Positions 50,624 to 61,859 of a stretch of 64,000 nt of DNA are shown here, in pieces. Within the stretch, counting starts at the first letter, position 1. The number at the start of each line of letters is the position of its first letter. The stretch comes from Patescibacteria group bacterium. GTDB lineage: Bacteria; Patescibacteriota; Patescibacteriia; XYB2-FULL-38-15. Both the position numbers and the translations under genes were made by a program. The notes below the pieces were generated by a model. That model saw only the letters and a program-made list of their open reading frames with translations. It did not search any database and had not been told where the DNA came from. Where the stretch lies: positions 227,166 through 291,165 of the forward strand of contig JBAZJZ010000001.1 in the NCBI GenBank assembly GCA_041650995.1, read 5' to 3'.

Positions 50624-51094
50624 ATGAATTCCCGACTCGAAAGACTCAAGGTGACGATCGCGAAGTGCGAGAAGATCGAGGAGATTTTCGCCAAGCATCG
50701 CGTTCGCGGAACGGAGCCCACCCACTACGACGACGTGATCGCCGGCTTCGACACTCCGGCGCGAAGCGGCTTTCTCTTGAGGTGGGATCTCGTGGTTAAG
50801 GGTTCGGCCGGCCACAGAGAAAACCTCCTGGGGCGAGAACCGACCTGCATCGAGATTTCTCTCTCGGGCGGGGAACGGGGTGACCGGCTGATCATCCTCT
50901 CCTACCTCCCGGAGACCCGCGGCTGGACGATCGAAGGATCGACCGATATCGGTCTGGACGGGATTCCAGCCATTCGCAACCTGGCCGCCGACTGCAGGCT
51001 TTCGGCCGGCGAGGAGCGCCAGATCGGTGAGGACGAAGCGATGAAGATCATCGCCACGCTCGCCGTTTTCTATAAGAGCCAGCCCGTGGGCTAG
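50624..51094 (+). CDS. Orphan, GC-rich unit 11
   Basis: TTGACA 50546, 17 bp, TAGATT; SD GAAGGAGGG; terminator CGCCGACTAA..TTAGTCGGCG-T7 51122-51162. Confidence 0.78.
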   Translation: MNSRLERLKVTIAKCEKIEEIFAKHRVRGTEPTHYDDVIAGFDTPARSGFLLRWDLVVKGSAGHRENLLGREPTCIEISLSGGERGDRLIILSYLPETRGWTIEGSTDIGLDGIPAIRNLAADCRLSAGEERQIGEDEAMKIIATLAVFYKSQPVG

Positions 51095-51160
51095 ACCTCG
51101 ACGGACGGAGGAACGAACTACCGCCGACTAAAAAGCGAAAGCTAATTAGTCGGCGTTTTT

Positions 51161-52009
51161 TTATTTTTTAAAACTTTGTGCAGACCAAGCAAGGATCAAG
51201 CTTAACGGTCGGAGAATCTGAATTGCAAGCCACTCCCCTTTTGTGCCGTGCTTTTTAAAATAATAAGATAAACTTCGGTTAAAATCTTTTTGTTTTTTAA
51301 TACCCATGGCTTGTTTAAAACTTTGCCCAAAATGATGAATAATTTTCGCCTCTGGAGTATATAAAATTTTAAAATCCGCCTCTTTCGCGCGTTTACAAAA
51401 ATCAACTTCCTCAAACCAAATCCAAAAATTTTCATCAAGCATCCCGATTTTATTTATCACTTCTCGGCGAATCAGCATAAACGCGCCCATTACCTGATCA
51501 GCTTCTTGTATTTTTTCATAATCAAAATCCTGAACTAAATATTTATACATCGTTTTGGAGTGTGGCAGGAGATGGTGAATTTTTAATAAAATGAAAATTT
51601 GCGAGGCCAAGTCTGGAAAAGCGCGAACTGACGGTTGAAGCGACAAATCTGGATTTAATAATTTACAGCCGCCGATGCCGCACTCGGGATGAGTGTCCAT
51701 AAATTGAACCATCTTGCCTAATGCGTTATCCAGAATTTCCGTATCCGGATTTAAAAGTAAAATATACCGACCACGAGATTTTTTTATTGCTAAATTATTT
51801 CCTTTGGCAAAACCCAAATTTTCCGCGCTCGCTGTTAAATCAACTTGGGGAAATTTTTCTCTTACCATTTCTACACTTCCATCGCCTGAATTGTTATCCA
51901 CGACAAAAACTTCAAAAGTAATATCTTTTGTTTGTTCAAAAATTGATTTCAAACATTTTTCTAGCAAATCCTTGACTTTCCAATTTACGATAATGATTGA
52001 CAAGTCCAT
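51161..52009 (-). CDS. Glycosyltransferase family 2
   Basis: SIIIVNW, VVDNNSGDGS, LLNPD, EEVDFC. Confidence 0.93.
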   Translation of the reverse strand: MDLSIIIVNWKVKDLLEKCLKSIFEQTKDITFEVFVVDNNSGDGSVEMVREKFPQVDLTASAENLGFAKGNNLAIKKSRGRYILLLNPDTEILDNALGKMVQFMDTHPECGIGGCKLLNPDLSLQPSVRAFPDLASQIFILLKIHHLLPHSKTMYKYLVQDFDYEKIQEADQVMGAFMLIRREVINKIGMLDENFWIWFEEVDFCKRAKEADFKILYTPEAKIIHHFGQSFKQAMGIKKQKDFNRSLSYYFKKHGTKGEWLAIQILRPLSLILAWSAQSFKK

Positions 52010-52010
52010 A

Positions 52011-52712
52011 TTATAAATGATGTTTTGCTTTGATAATTTTCAAAGCGGCACTGTATTTTTTTATCGCCTTTGGCGCCCAACCAATTTTTTCCCAAGGAAT
52101 TTTATACATAAAACTTGGCAGCCAAGAAGAAATTCCGGTTCGGCGAGGTTTTACAGTAAATAAAAATTCGGGCACCCAAATACCAACGTGTCCTTGCTCA
52201 GCCATCGTTAGCCACAAATCCCAATCCTGAAATTTTTTTAAACTTTCATCCCAGCCGGGAAAGTGTTCGCGACGAATAAGTGTTGTAGAAGTAATATAAT
52301 TCATTTTCTTAAGCGCCTCGCCATCAAACTCATGAAGACCAAATTTTTTTCTGCCCCACATAAAAGATGAATAGGCAAAAGATGCTTCGGGATGATTTAA
52401 AAGCGCGTCTAACATTTTTTGAAGCATTTCCGGTTTGGCGTCAATATCGGCATCAGCAAAAATTATAAACTGGCTGGTTGATTCCCTAAATCCCCTATTT
52501 CTTGCTGCCGGCGCGCCAAGATTTTTTTGGTTAATAATTTTTATTCGGTCTTTATATTTTTCCAAAACTTCAGCCGTGTTATCCGTTGAACCATCATTAA
52601 CTACAATAATTTCAAAATCTTTGAATGTTTGGTTAAACAATGATAAAAGACACGCTTCAATCGTGTCTCCGTGCTGGTAGGTTGGGATTATTACGCTTAT
52701 TTTTGGGAACAT
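52011..52712 (-). CDS. Glycosyltransferase family 2
   Basis: ISVIIP, VNDGSTD, FADAD, QDWDLWL. Confidence 0.93.
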   Translation of the reverse strand: MFPKISVIIPTYQHGDTIEACLLSLFNQTFKDFEIIVVNDGSTDNTAEVLEKYKDRIKIINQKNLGAPAARNRGFRESTSQFIIFADADIDAKPEMLQKMLDALLNHPEASFAYSSFMWGRKKFGLHEFDGEALKKMNYITSTTLIRREHFPGWDESLKKFQDWDLWLTMAEQGHVGIWVPEFLFTVKPRRTGISSWLPSFMYKIPWEKIGWAPKAIKKYSAALKIIKAKHHL

Positions 52713-52818
52713 ATTTTTATAATTATAAAGGTTTTTGCTTTAAAAAACAAGATAAAAAGATCCACCAGGGCACAGCCAGTAGTGGATCAGATGGAAAATA
52801 TTCGGTTGTACTGCTCGG

Positions 52819-53280
52819 CTACCTCACGGGTTGGAATTGGATCTTGCCCTCATCCCCGGTTCTGCTCACGATCTCCATGTAGTAGAGTTCGATCTCGAGC
52901 CTGGGGCAACGCCGTTGCAGCGTATCTCGCGCGGCTCGCATATCGTCCTCATGGGCCGCTCTCTCCGCTTCAAGGCTCGGGAACGCCTCCGAACCGCCCC
53001 AGGCCTTGCAGTCGCGATGGGCGATCAAGATGACCCGCGTAGCTTGGTGGTGATGGTCAGAGACCCTACTGAACGCACCCAGGAAAACGTTCCTTGTTTC
53101 TCGATCGGTGTAGACCCTCGGCCCAGAAGGAAAAGTGTAGGGCGTGTAGAATAGAATGCCCAGCTCGTGCCTCAAGAAATCCTGGTGCTGCTGGACAAAC
53201 CGATAGTCCAGACAGAAGACGGCTACTACCGGGACTCTCAGTTTGAGATCAACCAGGTACAACTTACTTGCTTCTCTCAT
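52819..53280 (-). CDS. Beta-carbonic anhydrase-like protein, GC-rich copy (unit 12)
   Basis: CLDYR...HRDC zinc motif; SD AAGGAGGAGGG; terminator 52759-52788; no clear own promoter. Confidence 0.8.
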   Translation of the reverse strand: MREASKLYLVDLKLRVPVVAVFCLDYRFVQQHQDFLRHELGILFYTPYTFPSGPRVYTDRETRNVFLGAFSRVSDHHHQATRVILIAHRDCKAWGGSEAFPSLEAERAAHEDDMRAARDTLQRRCPRLEIELYYMEIVSRTGDEGKIQFQPVR

Positions 53281-53372
53281 CTTCCCTCCTCCTTAACTCC
53301 TCCCCCTGTTTATTTTTTCAAAAAATTTAAAAAAATAAACCGAGAGACGTTATCTTTCGGCAAAGAATATTT

Positions 53373-53807
53373 TTACTCAACTGGATTAAATTCTATGTTT
53401 TCACCAATAATTTCCGCGTAAAACATACTGACCGAAATTTTTGGGAATTGCTCAAGCAAAATATCTCGGACAGTTTGTAAATCTTTTATTTGCGTTGCTT
53501 CTTCAGTCGCCAGATCCGGAAAAGCTACTGATCCACCGTAAGCGCCGCAATCGCGATGGGCAATTAAAATAATTTTTTCAATATGGTGCAAATTAATTGA
53601 CACATTTTTGAGCGCTTCAAGAAAAACGTTACGCGTTGGTTCGCTGACTAAGGCTTTTGGTCCGCCCGGAAAAACATATTGATCAAATTCTTCAAAGCCA
53701 AGTTCGCGCGAAATAAATTGTTCATGCTGAGTTCGAAATCTTGGATCAAGACAATAGATCGCGGCTACTGGAACATGATGAAAATTTTTAAAAGGATATT
53801 GTTGCAT
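53373..53807 (-). CDS. Beta-carbonic anhydrase-like protein, AT-rich copy
   Basis: CLDPR...HRDCGAYG; starts 12 bp after the atpC stop. Confidence 0.82.
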   Translation of the reverse strand: MQQYPFKNFHHVPVAAIYCLDPRFRTQHEQFISRELGFEEFDQYVFPGGPKALVSEPTRNVFLEALKNVSINLHHIEKIILIAHRDCGAYGGSVAFPDLATEEATQIKDLQTVRDILLEQFPKISVSMFYAEIIGENIEFNPVE

Positions 53808-53819
53808 AATATAAATAAA

Positions 53820-54266
53820 TTATTCTTCAACTTTAATGCTCGGCGCGGTGCGTGCCCGGCTTCTTTTTCTCGCGACCTTAAGACGCGCCAATTCGCGTTC
53901 AAGACTAGCCGCTGCATCAGCGTATTTTTCCGCATCAACATGTTTTTCTTCAAGAACTTTTTGCGCTCGCTCTCTGGCTTTTTCAATTTCTACTTCCACA
54001 AGTTCTTCCGCCTTTTCCGCGGTATCGGCCAAAATCAAAACTTTATCTCCAGTAACTTCAATAAATCCGCCAGAACAAGACATGGCGATTTCCTCTTTAT
54101 CTTTTTTGGCAACAATCTCTCCTGGACGAAGCATGGCAATCAAGGGAATGTGATTTGGCAAAATCGTAATCTCTCCTTCCGCCGTAGGAATAGTTATTTG
54201 ATCAACTTCATCTTTTAAGACAACTCTTTCGGGAGTAATGATTTCAAATTTTAATTTGGAGGCCAT
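53820..54266 (-). CDS. atpC: ATP synthase F1 epsilon
   Basis: EIITPER, ILPNH.P, GGFIEV. Confidence 0.95.
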   Translation of the reverse strand: MASKLKFEIITPERVVLKDEVDQITIPTAEGEITILPNHIPLIAMLRPGEIVAKKDKEEIAMSCSGGFIEVTGDKVLILADTAEKAEELVEVEIEKARERAQKVLEEKHVDAEKYADAAASLERELARLKVARKRSRARTAPSIKVEE

Positions 54267-54283
54267 GTCAATTTTTTTAATTA

Positions 54284-55675
<1,392 letters not shown>

Positions 55676-55686
55676 TTAAATTAATG

Positions 55687-56595
55687 CTATTCCAGGGCCG
55701 CCTTGCCACTTACAATTTCCATAATTTCTTTTGTGATAGCCGACTGGCGAACTTGATTATACATTAAAGTTAAATCAAATATCATGTCTTCGGCAGAATC
55801 AGAAGCATTCTTCATCGCCACCATTCTGGCGGAATGTTCCGAAGCGTTAGATTCCAAAATTGCCTGAAAAATTTGCATTTCCACCATTTTCGGTAGCATA
55901 TATTCCAAAACTTGATCGGGCGACGGTTCAAATAAAAATTCATATTCTTTTTCTTCACGCTTTTCCGGCGTTTTTTCTTCACTCACTTTTCCCAAATCCG
56001 CGTCACGCTCCCGAGAAAACGGCAAGAGTTTTAAAATTCTCGGGCGCTGGGAAATTGTAGAAATAAAATCAGTATAAGCCAGATAAACTTCGTCGTACTT
56101 TCCCGCGGAAAAATCATCAATCACAATTTTCGCAATCGCTCTAATCTCCGCGAGCCGTGTCACGCTGGATAAATTCGTAAAATCCGCCACGAGTTTTATT
56201 TTGTGGCGCGCCGTAAAATCCCGGCTTTTTTTCCCGACAGTTAAAAACTCCATTTCAATTCCCTTGTCCATTAAACCTTTGGAAAATTCCGCGATTTTTT
56301 TAATAATTTGCGCGTTAAATCCTCCGCACAAACCGCGATCAGAAGAAACCAAAACCACGCAAACCTTTTTAACTTTATCTTTTTTAACTAAGAAAGAATG
56401 AAGTTTAGAATCGGTTTTTCCCGACAAATCAGAAATCAAAGACCAAGCCCGGTTGGCGTAATCGCGAGTGCGAAGCGTTGCCTGCTGGGCTTTTCTCATT
56501 TTTGAAGCCGCAACCATTTCCATCGCCTTGGTAATTTTTTTGGTGTTAGTGATGGATTTGATACGTCTTCGGATGATTTTTGTAGAAACGGCCAT
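55687..56595 (-). CDS. atpG: ATP synthase F1 gamma
   Basis: KITKAMEMVAASK, SDRGLCG, RQSAITKE. Confidence 0.98.
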   Translation of the reverse strand: MAVSTKIIRRRIKSITNTKKITKAMEMVAASKMRKAQQATLRTRDYANRAWSLISDLSGKTDSKLHSFLVKKDKVKKVCVVLVSSDRGLCGGFNAQIIKKIAEFSKGLMDKGIEMEFLTVGKKSRDFTARHKIKLVADFTNLSSVTRLAEIRAIAKIVIDDFSAGKYDEVYLAYTDFISTISQRPRILKLLPFSRERDADLGKVSEEKTPEKREEKEYEFLFEPSPDQVLEYMLPKMVEMQIFQAILESNASEHSARMVAMKNASDSAEDMIFDLTLMYNQVRQSAITKEIMEIVSGKAALE

Positions 56596-56610
56596 TGCTG
56601 TGCGTTAAAA

Positions 56611-58128
56611 TTATAAGCTTGCCTTAAAATCCGCGATAGTTGTTTTTAATTTTTCTTCAATTTCCGGAACTAACTCTTTCTTTTTCGCAATCTCTGCCAA
56701 AACGCCAGCCGGTTCGGATTTCAGATACGCATGGAATTTATCTTCCCACTCTTTTAATTTTTCCACTGGCACGTCATCCAAATAACCATTGATGCCGGCG
56801 TAAAGAATCGCGACCTGATTTTCCATAGACATCGGAACATATTGGCCTTGTTTTAAAACTTCAGTTAATCTTCTGCCGCGTTCAATTTGTTTTCTTGTTG
56901 CTTCATCAAGATCTGAAGCAAATTGGGCAAAGGCCTCAAGTTCACGGAATTGCGCCAAGTCCAAACGCAAACGGCCGGCAACTTTTTTCATAGCTTTAGT
57001 CTGTGCGGCGGAACCAACGCGGGAAACGGAAAGACCGACGTTTAGAGCCGGACGAATACCTTTGTAAAATAAATCTGATTCCAAATAAATCTGGCCGTCG
57101 GTAATGGAAATAACATTGGTCGGAATGTAAGCGGAAACATCTCCAGCCTGAGTTTCAATAATTGGCAAAGCGGTCAAAGATCCACCGCCAAAATCAGGAT
57201 TCATCTTTGCGGCGCGTTCCAAAAGGCGTGAATGCAAATAAAAAATATCGCCCGGATAAGCTTCACGTCCCGGAGGTCGGCGAAGAAGTAAAGAGATTTG
57301 ACGATAAGAGGCGGCGTGCTTTGAAAGATCATCATAAATAACAAGTGCGTCTTTGCCCTGATCCATAAAATATTCGCCCATGGCGCAGCCAGCGTAAGGC
57401 GCGATAAAAGAAAGTGAAGCGGGATCTGAAGCGCCGGCAGACACGACAATTGTGTGCTCCATAGCGCCAAATTCTTCAAATTTGGCTACAATTTTAGCAA
57501 TTTTTGATTCCTTCTGTCCGATAGCCACATAAATACAAACACAATTTTTCCCCTTTTGATTAATAATCGTATCAATCGCGAGGGCGGTTTTTCCGGTTTG
57601 ACGATCTCCAATAATTAATTCTCTTTGCCCGCGGCCGATTGGGATCATAGAATCGATAGCTTTAATGCCGGTTTGGAGCGGAGTCGCAACTTTTTGTCTT
57701 GTTATAACGCCCGGCGCAATTTTTTCTATCGGATAAAATTTACTTTCTTTTATAGCGCCTTTTCCATCTTTCGGCAGACCAAGAGAATCCACAACTCTTC
57801 CAATCAAATTTTCTCCGACAGGTACGGATAGAATTCTGCCAGTGCTTTTGACCGTATCCCCTTCTTTAATATGAATATGTTCACCCAAAATCATGGCGCC
57901 GATAATATCTTCTTCAAGATTTAGGGCAACGCCAAAAACCGACTCCCCTGATTTTTCACTGCTCACAAATTCAAGCATTTCTCCGGCCATGCACTCCGAG
58001 AGCCCAGTAATTCTTGCGATACCATCGCCAATCTCCGCGACATGGCCGACTTTTTCCACACCAGAGGAAACTTTTGCTTCGGCAATTTGTTTTTTTAAAC
58101 TTTCAATAATAAAATTCACGTCCGACAT
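56611..58128 (-). CDS. atpA: ATP synthase F1 alpha
   Basis: [18 protein letters not shown]. Confidence 0.99.
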   Translation of the reverse strand: MSDVNFIIESLKKQIAEAKVSSGVEKVGHVAEIGDGIARITGLSECMAGEMLEFVSSEKSGESVFGVALNLEEDIIGAMILGEHIHIKEGDTVKSTGRILSVPVGENLIGRVVDSLGLPKDGKGAIKESKFYPIEKIAPGVITRQKVATPLQTGIKAIDSMIPIGRGQRELIIGDRQTGKTALAIDTIINQKGKNCVCIYVAIGQKESKIAKIVAKFEEFGAMEHTIVVSAGASDPASLSFIAPYAGCAMGEYFMDQGKDALVIYDDLSKHAASYRQISLLLRRPPGREAYPGDIFYLHSRLLERAAKMNPDFGGGSLTALPIIETQAGDVSAYIPTNVISITDGQIYLESDLFYKGIRPALNVGLSVSRVGSAAQTKAMKKVAGRLRLDLAQFRELEAFAQFASDLDEATRKQIERGRRLTEVLKQGQYVPMSMENQVAILYAGINGYLDDVPVEKLKEWEDKFHAYLKSEPAGVLAEIAKKKELVPEIEEKLKTTIADFKASL

Positions 58129-58134
58129 AATTTT

Positions 58135-58545
58135 TTATTTAACAAATAAATGATTTTTTAATATTCTAAATTTATTTTTTAAACTACTGTCAAAAACCAT
58201 ATCTTCTGCTTCAAGAATAAAACCGCCAATTAAACTCGGGTCAACCTCTTTTGTAATATTTATTTTTTTAAAACTTTTTTTCAAAATAGTGGGAGCTGAT
58301 TGTTTTATTTTCTCCATTAAATCTTCTTTAATCGGTTCCGCACTTTTTATTTTTAAATCCACAATTCCTTCTGCATGATTAGCATATTTTATAAAGTACT
58401 CGATAATTTGCGGAGCAAAACGAAACGCATTATTTTTTGCGAGCGTCTTTATAAAATTGCCCAAAATACTCCGCACCTTTTCTTTGGGTGCGTCTTTTAC
58501 TGCTTCATACAGGGCAATCGCGTATTGTTTGGGTTTTATTTTCAT
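58135..58545 (-). CDS. atpH: ATP synthase delta (short)
   Basis: YAIALY, VDPSLIGG; synteny. Confidence 0.88.
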   Translation of the reverse strand: MKIKPKQYAIALYEAVKDAPKEKVRSILGNFIKTLAKNNAFRFAPQIIEYFIKYANHAEGIVDLKIKSAEPIKEDLMEKIKQSAPTILKKSFKKINITKEVDPSLIGGFILEAEDMVFDSSLKNKFRILKNHLFVK

Positions 58546-58552
58546 AAATCAA

Positions 58553-59053
58553 CTATTTTTTATCAACTTCTCGTAGGGTTTCTTCTATCAAACTTTTTTG
58601 TGCTTTTATATCAATTGTTTTACCAATTATTTTTTCTGCCACAGCTATAACCATCTCTGCCGCTTCTTTTTTAACTTCAGCCATCATCTTTATTTTCTCC
58701 TCGATCATTTGATTTTTTGCGACGGTAATTAGCTTTTCCACCTCAGCCTTTGTTTTAAGTTTTGTTTCCGCCCCAGCCACTTCAGCGCGCTTCCCCGCTT
58801 CTTCAATAATTCCTTTCGCTTCCTGCTTAGCTTTTTGAATTTCTGCGGCCTGAAGTTCTTTAGTTTTTTCCAATTCTACTCCAAGCTGTTCGGCGTCACG
58901 CAGGCCTTTTTCAATTTTTTCTTTTCGTCCCTCGAGCATTTTTAAAAGCGGTTTGTATAAAAATTTATACAAAATCAAAACCAAAATCAAAAAATTTACA
59001 AGTTGGGCGATTAAAAGTCGCCAATCAATGCCAAGTTTTTCTAATAATTCCAT
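58553..59053 (-). CDS. atpF: ATP synthase Fo b
   Basis: QLVNFLIL...YKPL...R; coiled coil. Confidence 0.95.
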   Translation of the reverse strand: MELLEKLGIDWRLLIAQLVNFLILVLILYKFLYKPLLKMLEGRKEKIEKGLRDAEQLGVELEKTKELQAAEIQKAKQEAKGIIEEAGKRAEVAGAETKLKTKAEVEKLITVAKNQMIEEKIKMMAEVKKEAAEMVIAVAEKIIGKTIDIKAQKSLIEETLREVDKK

Positions 59054-59116
59054 ATTTTTAATATTAGTTCAAAGTTTTAAGTCCACGGCTTTTTGCCATG
59101 GACTCCGAACCGTGGA

Positions 59117-59401
<285 letters not shown>

Positions 59402-59481
59402 TCATCCACTTTCGACGGAAATTTTTTTATTTAACGTCGGCGATTTACTGTCGTTATGTTAATTAATGATAAATAAATGAA

Positions 59482-60288
59482 TTAATGCGCTTCATGTTCC
59501 TCGTGTTCATGTTCCGTGACTGCCATTTTTAGAAATACTAAAGTTAACATCGCAAAAACCAAAGCTTGAACAAATCCCACAAAAATTTCCAAAAATAAAA
59601 ATGGCAAAGGCACAATATATGGTACGAGAAAACTAACTACTGTCAATAAAACTTCTCCGGCAAAAATATTTCCGAAAAGCCGAAAAGAAAAAGAAACAAA
59701 TTTCGCTAGTTCGGCAATTAATTCTAAAAAACCGGCAAAAAAATTAATAATTCCGTTAAAAGAAGGAACCGGTAAAAATCCGTATTTTATTTTAAATAAA
59801 CCGCCGAAGGGAAGAAATTTTTTTCCATATTTCCAAAGACCAATTCCAGCAATGCCGAAAATTTGAGTAGAAATTACAGAAACAATGGCGATCGCCAAAG
59901 TAACATTCAAATCAGCCGAAGCCGAACGAATAAAGGGAACTAAAATTGTTTTTCCGTGATGTTCTTCCCAAATGCCTATCGTCCCAAGTCCTGGAACAAT
60001 TTCAATCCAATTAGATAAAATTACAAAAATAAAAATTGTAAAAACTATCGGGAAAAATTTTTTGGCCTGTTTCCGGTCGCCCGTGATTGTTTCCATAAAA
60101 CTTAACGCCCCCTCCACAACTGTTTCCACAACATTTTGTAATCCTCTCGGTACTTCTTTTAAATTTTTTCGTACTACTAGCGCGATGATTATCAAAAATA
60201 AAATTATTACCCAAGCTACGAGCAAAGTATTTGTAACGGGAAAACTGCCGATATGGAAAATTGGTTCCGCGGCAAGGGAAATATTCAT
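59482..60288 (-). CDS. atpB: ATP synthase Fo a
   Basis: SFRLFGNIFAGE, QALVF. Confidence 0.96.
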   Translation of the reverse strand: MNISLAAEPIFHIGSFPVTNTLLVAWVIILFLIIIALVVRKNLKEVPRGLQNVVETVVEGALSFMETITGDRKQAKKFFPIVFTIFIFVILSNWIEIVPGLGTIGIWEEHHGKTILVPFIRSASADLNVTLAIAIVSVISTQIFGIAGIGLWKYGKKFLPFGGLFKIKYGFLPVPSFNGIINFFAGFLELIAELAKFVSFSFRLFGNIFAGEVLLTVVSFLVPYIVPLPFLFLEIFVGFVQALVFAMLTLVFLKMAVTEHEHEEHEAH

Positions 60289-60294
60289 ACTTAT

Positions 60295-60579
60295 TTATTT
60301 TTGTTCAGTTTTTTCAGATTTTACCTTTTCGGAATCTGCCGTTCCTAAAATTTTTATTGTCTTAAAATAAACAGCAAAAGTTGAAATAACTAAAGATAAA
60401 AGCACTCCGGCCAATAAAAGCCAAGGTGAAGTGTCAAATCTTTTATCTAAAATTCTACCGAGCAAAGCAAGAAGAACTAACGGAACAGCAATAGAATAAC
60501 CAAGTTGCCAAGCCAGAGACAGCGCATACCAAACCTGACTTTTTTCTTTTGTTTTTTGGGAAGTTTCTAGCTTATCCAC
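60295..60579 (-). CDS. AtpZ/AtpI-family protein
   Basis: Two TM, G..LDKRFDTSPW; first gene of the atp operon. Confidence 0.85.
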   Translation of the reverse strand: MDKLETSQKTKEKSQVWYALSLAWQLGYSIAVPLVLLALLGRILDKRFDTSPWLLLAGVLLSLVISTFAVYFKTIKILGTADSEKVKSEKTEQK

Positions 60580-60703
60580 AGGTTTAATTTTTACTTAATC
60601 TTAATTTAAATATTTAGGTATTCTAGAACATTTTTAAAAAATGGTCAATGCTTTTTAAAAAAAATAGGGGGCCGCCAGAGATGGCAGGCCCCCTCATAGG
60701 GAA

Positions 60704-61696
60704 CTATCGAAAATGGGCTGCGTTGCATGCCCACCTCGCGTATCCCTCCCACACGGGTGAACATTCCAGTCCTCCTTCCTTGAGTAGCTGAATGAACTTC
60801 TTCCTTCGATTTTTGGACGGAGGAAGAAGGCTGATTTTGCTTGCGCCACATTCTGGGTTGATTCGCGAGATCCTCACCAAGATGTGCCTTCTCTGGGAAT
60901 GGAGTAAGCGGATTAATTTTTCCGCGTGAGAATCGGAATCGTTAACCCCTTGAATCAGTGCGTAGTGGATCACGAACTTTACGCGTACTGCTTCTGCGTA
61001 CGCTGTTCCTAGATCCACAATTTCCTGAACGGGGTCCCTGGCAGGAATGAAGTGTCTCCGTTCTTCATCAGTAGGAAAATGCATGGAGAAGCGGAGTTGG
61101 ACGCGGTACTCGTCGCAGAACCTCACGTCATTGAGCATCTGCTGGATACCACTCGCAATGCCTGATGTGCAGAGAGAGAAGAATACTTGAACGCCACGCT
61201 TGGCAAAAATCTCATCAAGTCTCGTAACGGTCTCCTTTACGGCCTCATACCGCAAGAGTGGCTCACCGGCAGCCGAGAAGGAAATCACGAGACACTTCCT
61301 CTCTCTTCTCCAGAAGCGGTTTGCGAGTGGCGATTTCCTGAGGATCAAGCCAATCAAGTTCAACATTTCGAATGGGCTGAGGTGATAACAGGAGGTAAAC
61401 CTCCCAATGTCACAGAACGAGCAACCACCCTGCCAACCTTGCTTCCTGCCCCACGCGGCCAATTCACAACCGCAGGACACTGGCACCTGAAGATTGGCGT
61501 GAACCCGCTTGTAGGGCAGATCCCGATAGATGATCGGCGTAATATTACGCCTCGTGACTCTCGCCCACAATTCTTCAGCTCCGGGTCGATCGTTAGAACC
61601 CTGGATGAGGCTCCGGTTTCTCACGATTTCCAGATCCTTACCTCCAAGTTCGCAGAGGATTTCGGCCCTCTTGCGGCATTCTTCTCTGGATTCCAT
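60704..61696 (-). CDS. Divergent RlmN/Cfr-like radical SAM protein, GC-richer unit 13 (start uncertain, 61696 or 61798)
   Basis: GEPLL, TSG, SMH...EER, YALIQGVNDS and a C-terminal AC align with RlmN motifs; terminator 60666-60694; TTGACA 61863; SD weak. Confidence 0.75.
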   Translation of the reverse strand: MESREECRKRAEILCELGGKDLEIVRNRSLIQGSNDRPGAEELWARVTRRNITPIIYRDLPYKRVHANLQVPVSCGCELAAWGRKQGWQGGCSFCDIGRFTSCYHLSPFEMLNLIGLILRKSPLANRFWRRERKCLVISFSAAGEPLLRYEAVKETVTRLDEIFAKRGVQVFFSLCTSGIASGIQQMLNDVRFCDEYRVQLRFSMHFPTDEERRHFIPARDPVQEIVDLGTAYAEAVRVKFVIHYALIQGVNDSDSHAEKLIRLLHSQRRHILVRISRINPECGASKISLLPPSKNRRKKFIQLLKEGGLECSPVWEGYARWACNAAHFR

Positions 61697-61859
61697 TTCT
61701 TCACCATATGGCTCCACTTTTTCTCTGTAATCCACCCTCCGGCTATTCCCTAAGTGGTCCGCCGAAATTCGTCTTCCTGACGTTCTTCGGTAGACCACTT
61801 AATCTTTAAATTTAAATTAAAGAACCCGAAAGATTATCTTATAACATTTACACTATTTG

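Noticed and set aside
50543-50815. N-terminal extension of the 567-aa ligase ORF
   Set aside because: It is the antisense of unit 11 and its promoter; the membrane protein plausibly starts at ATG 50542.
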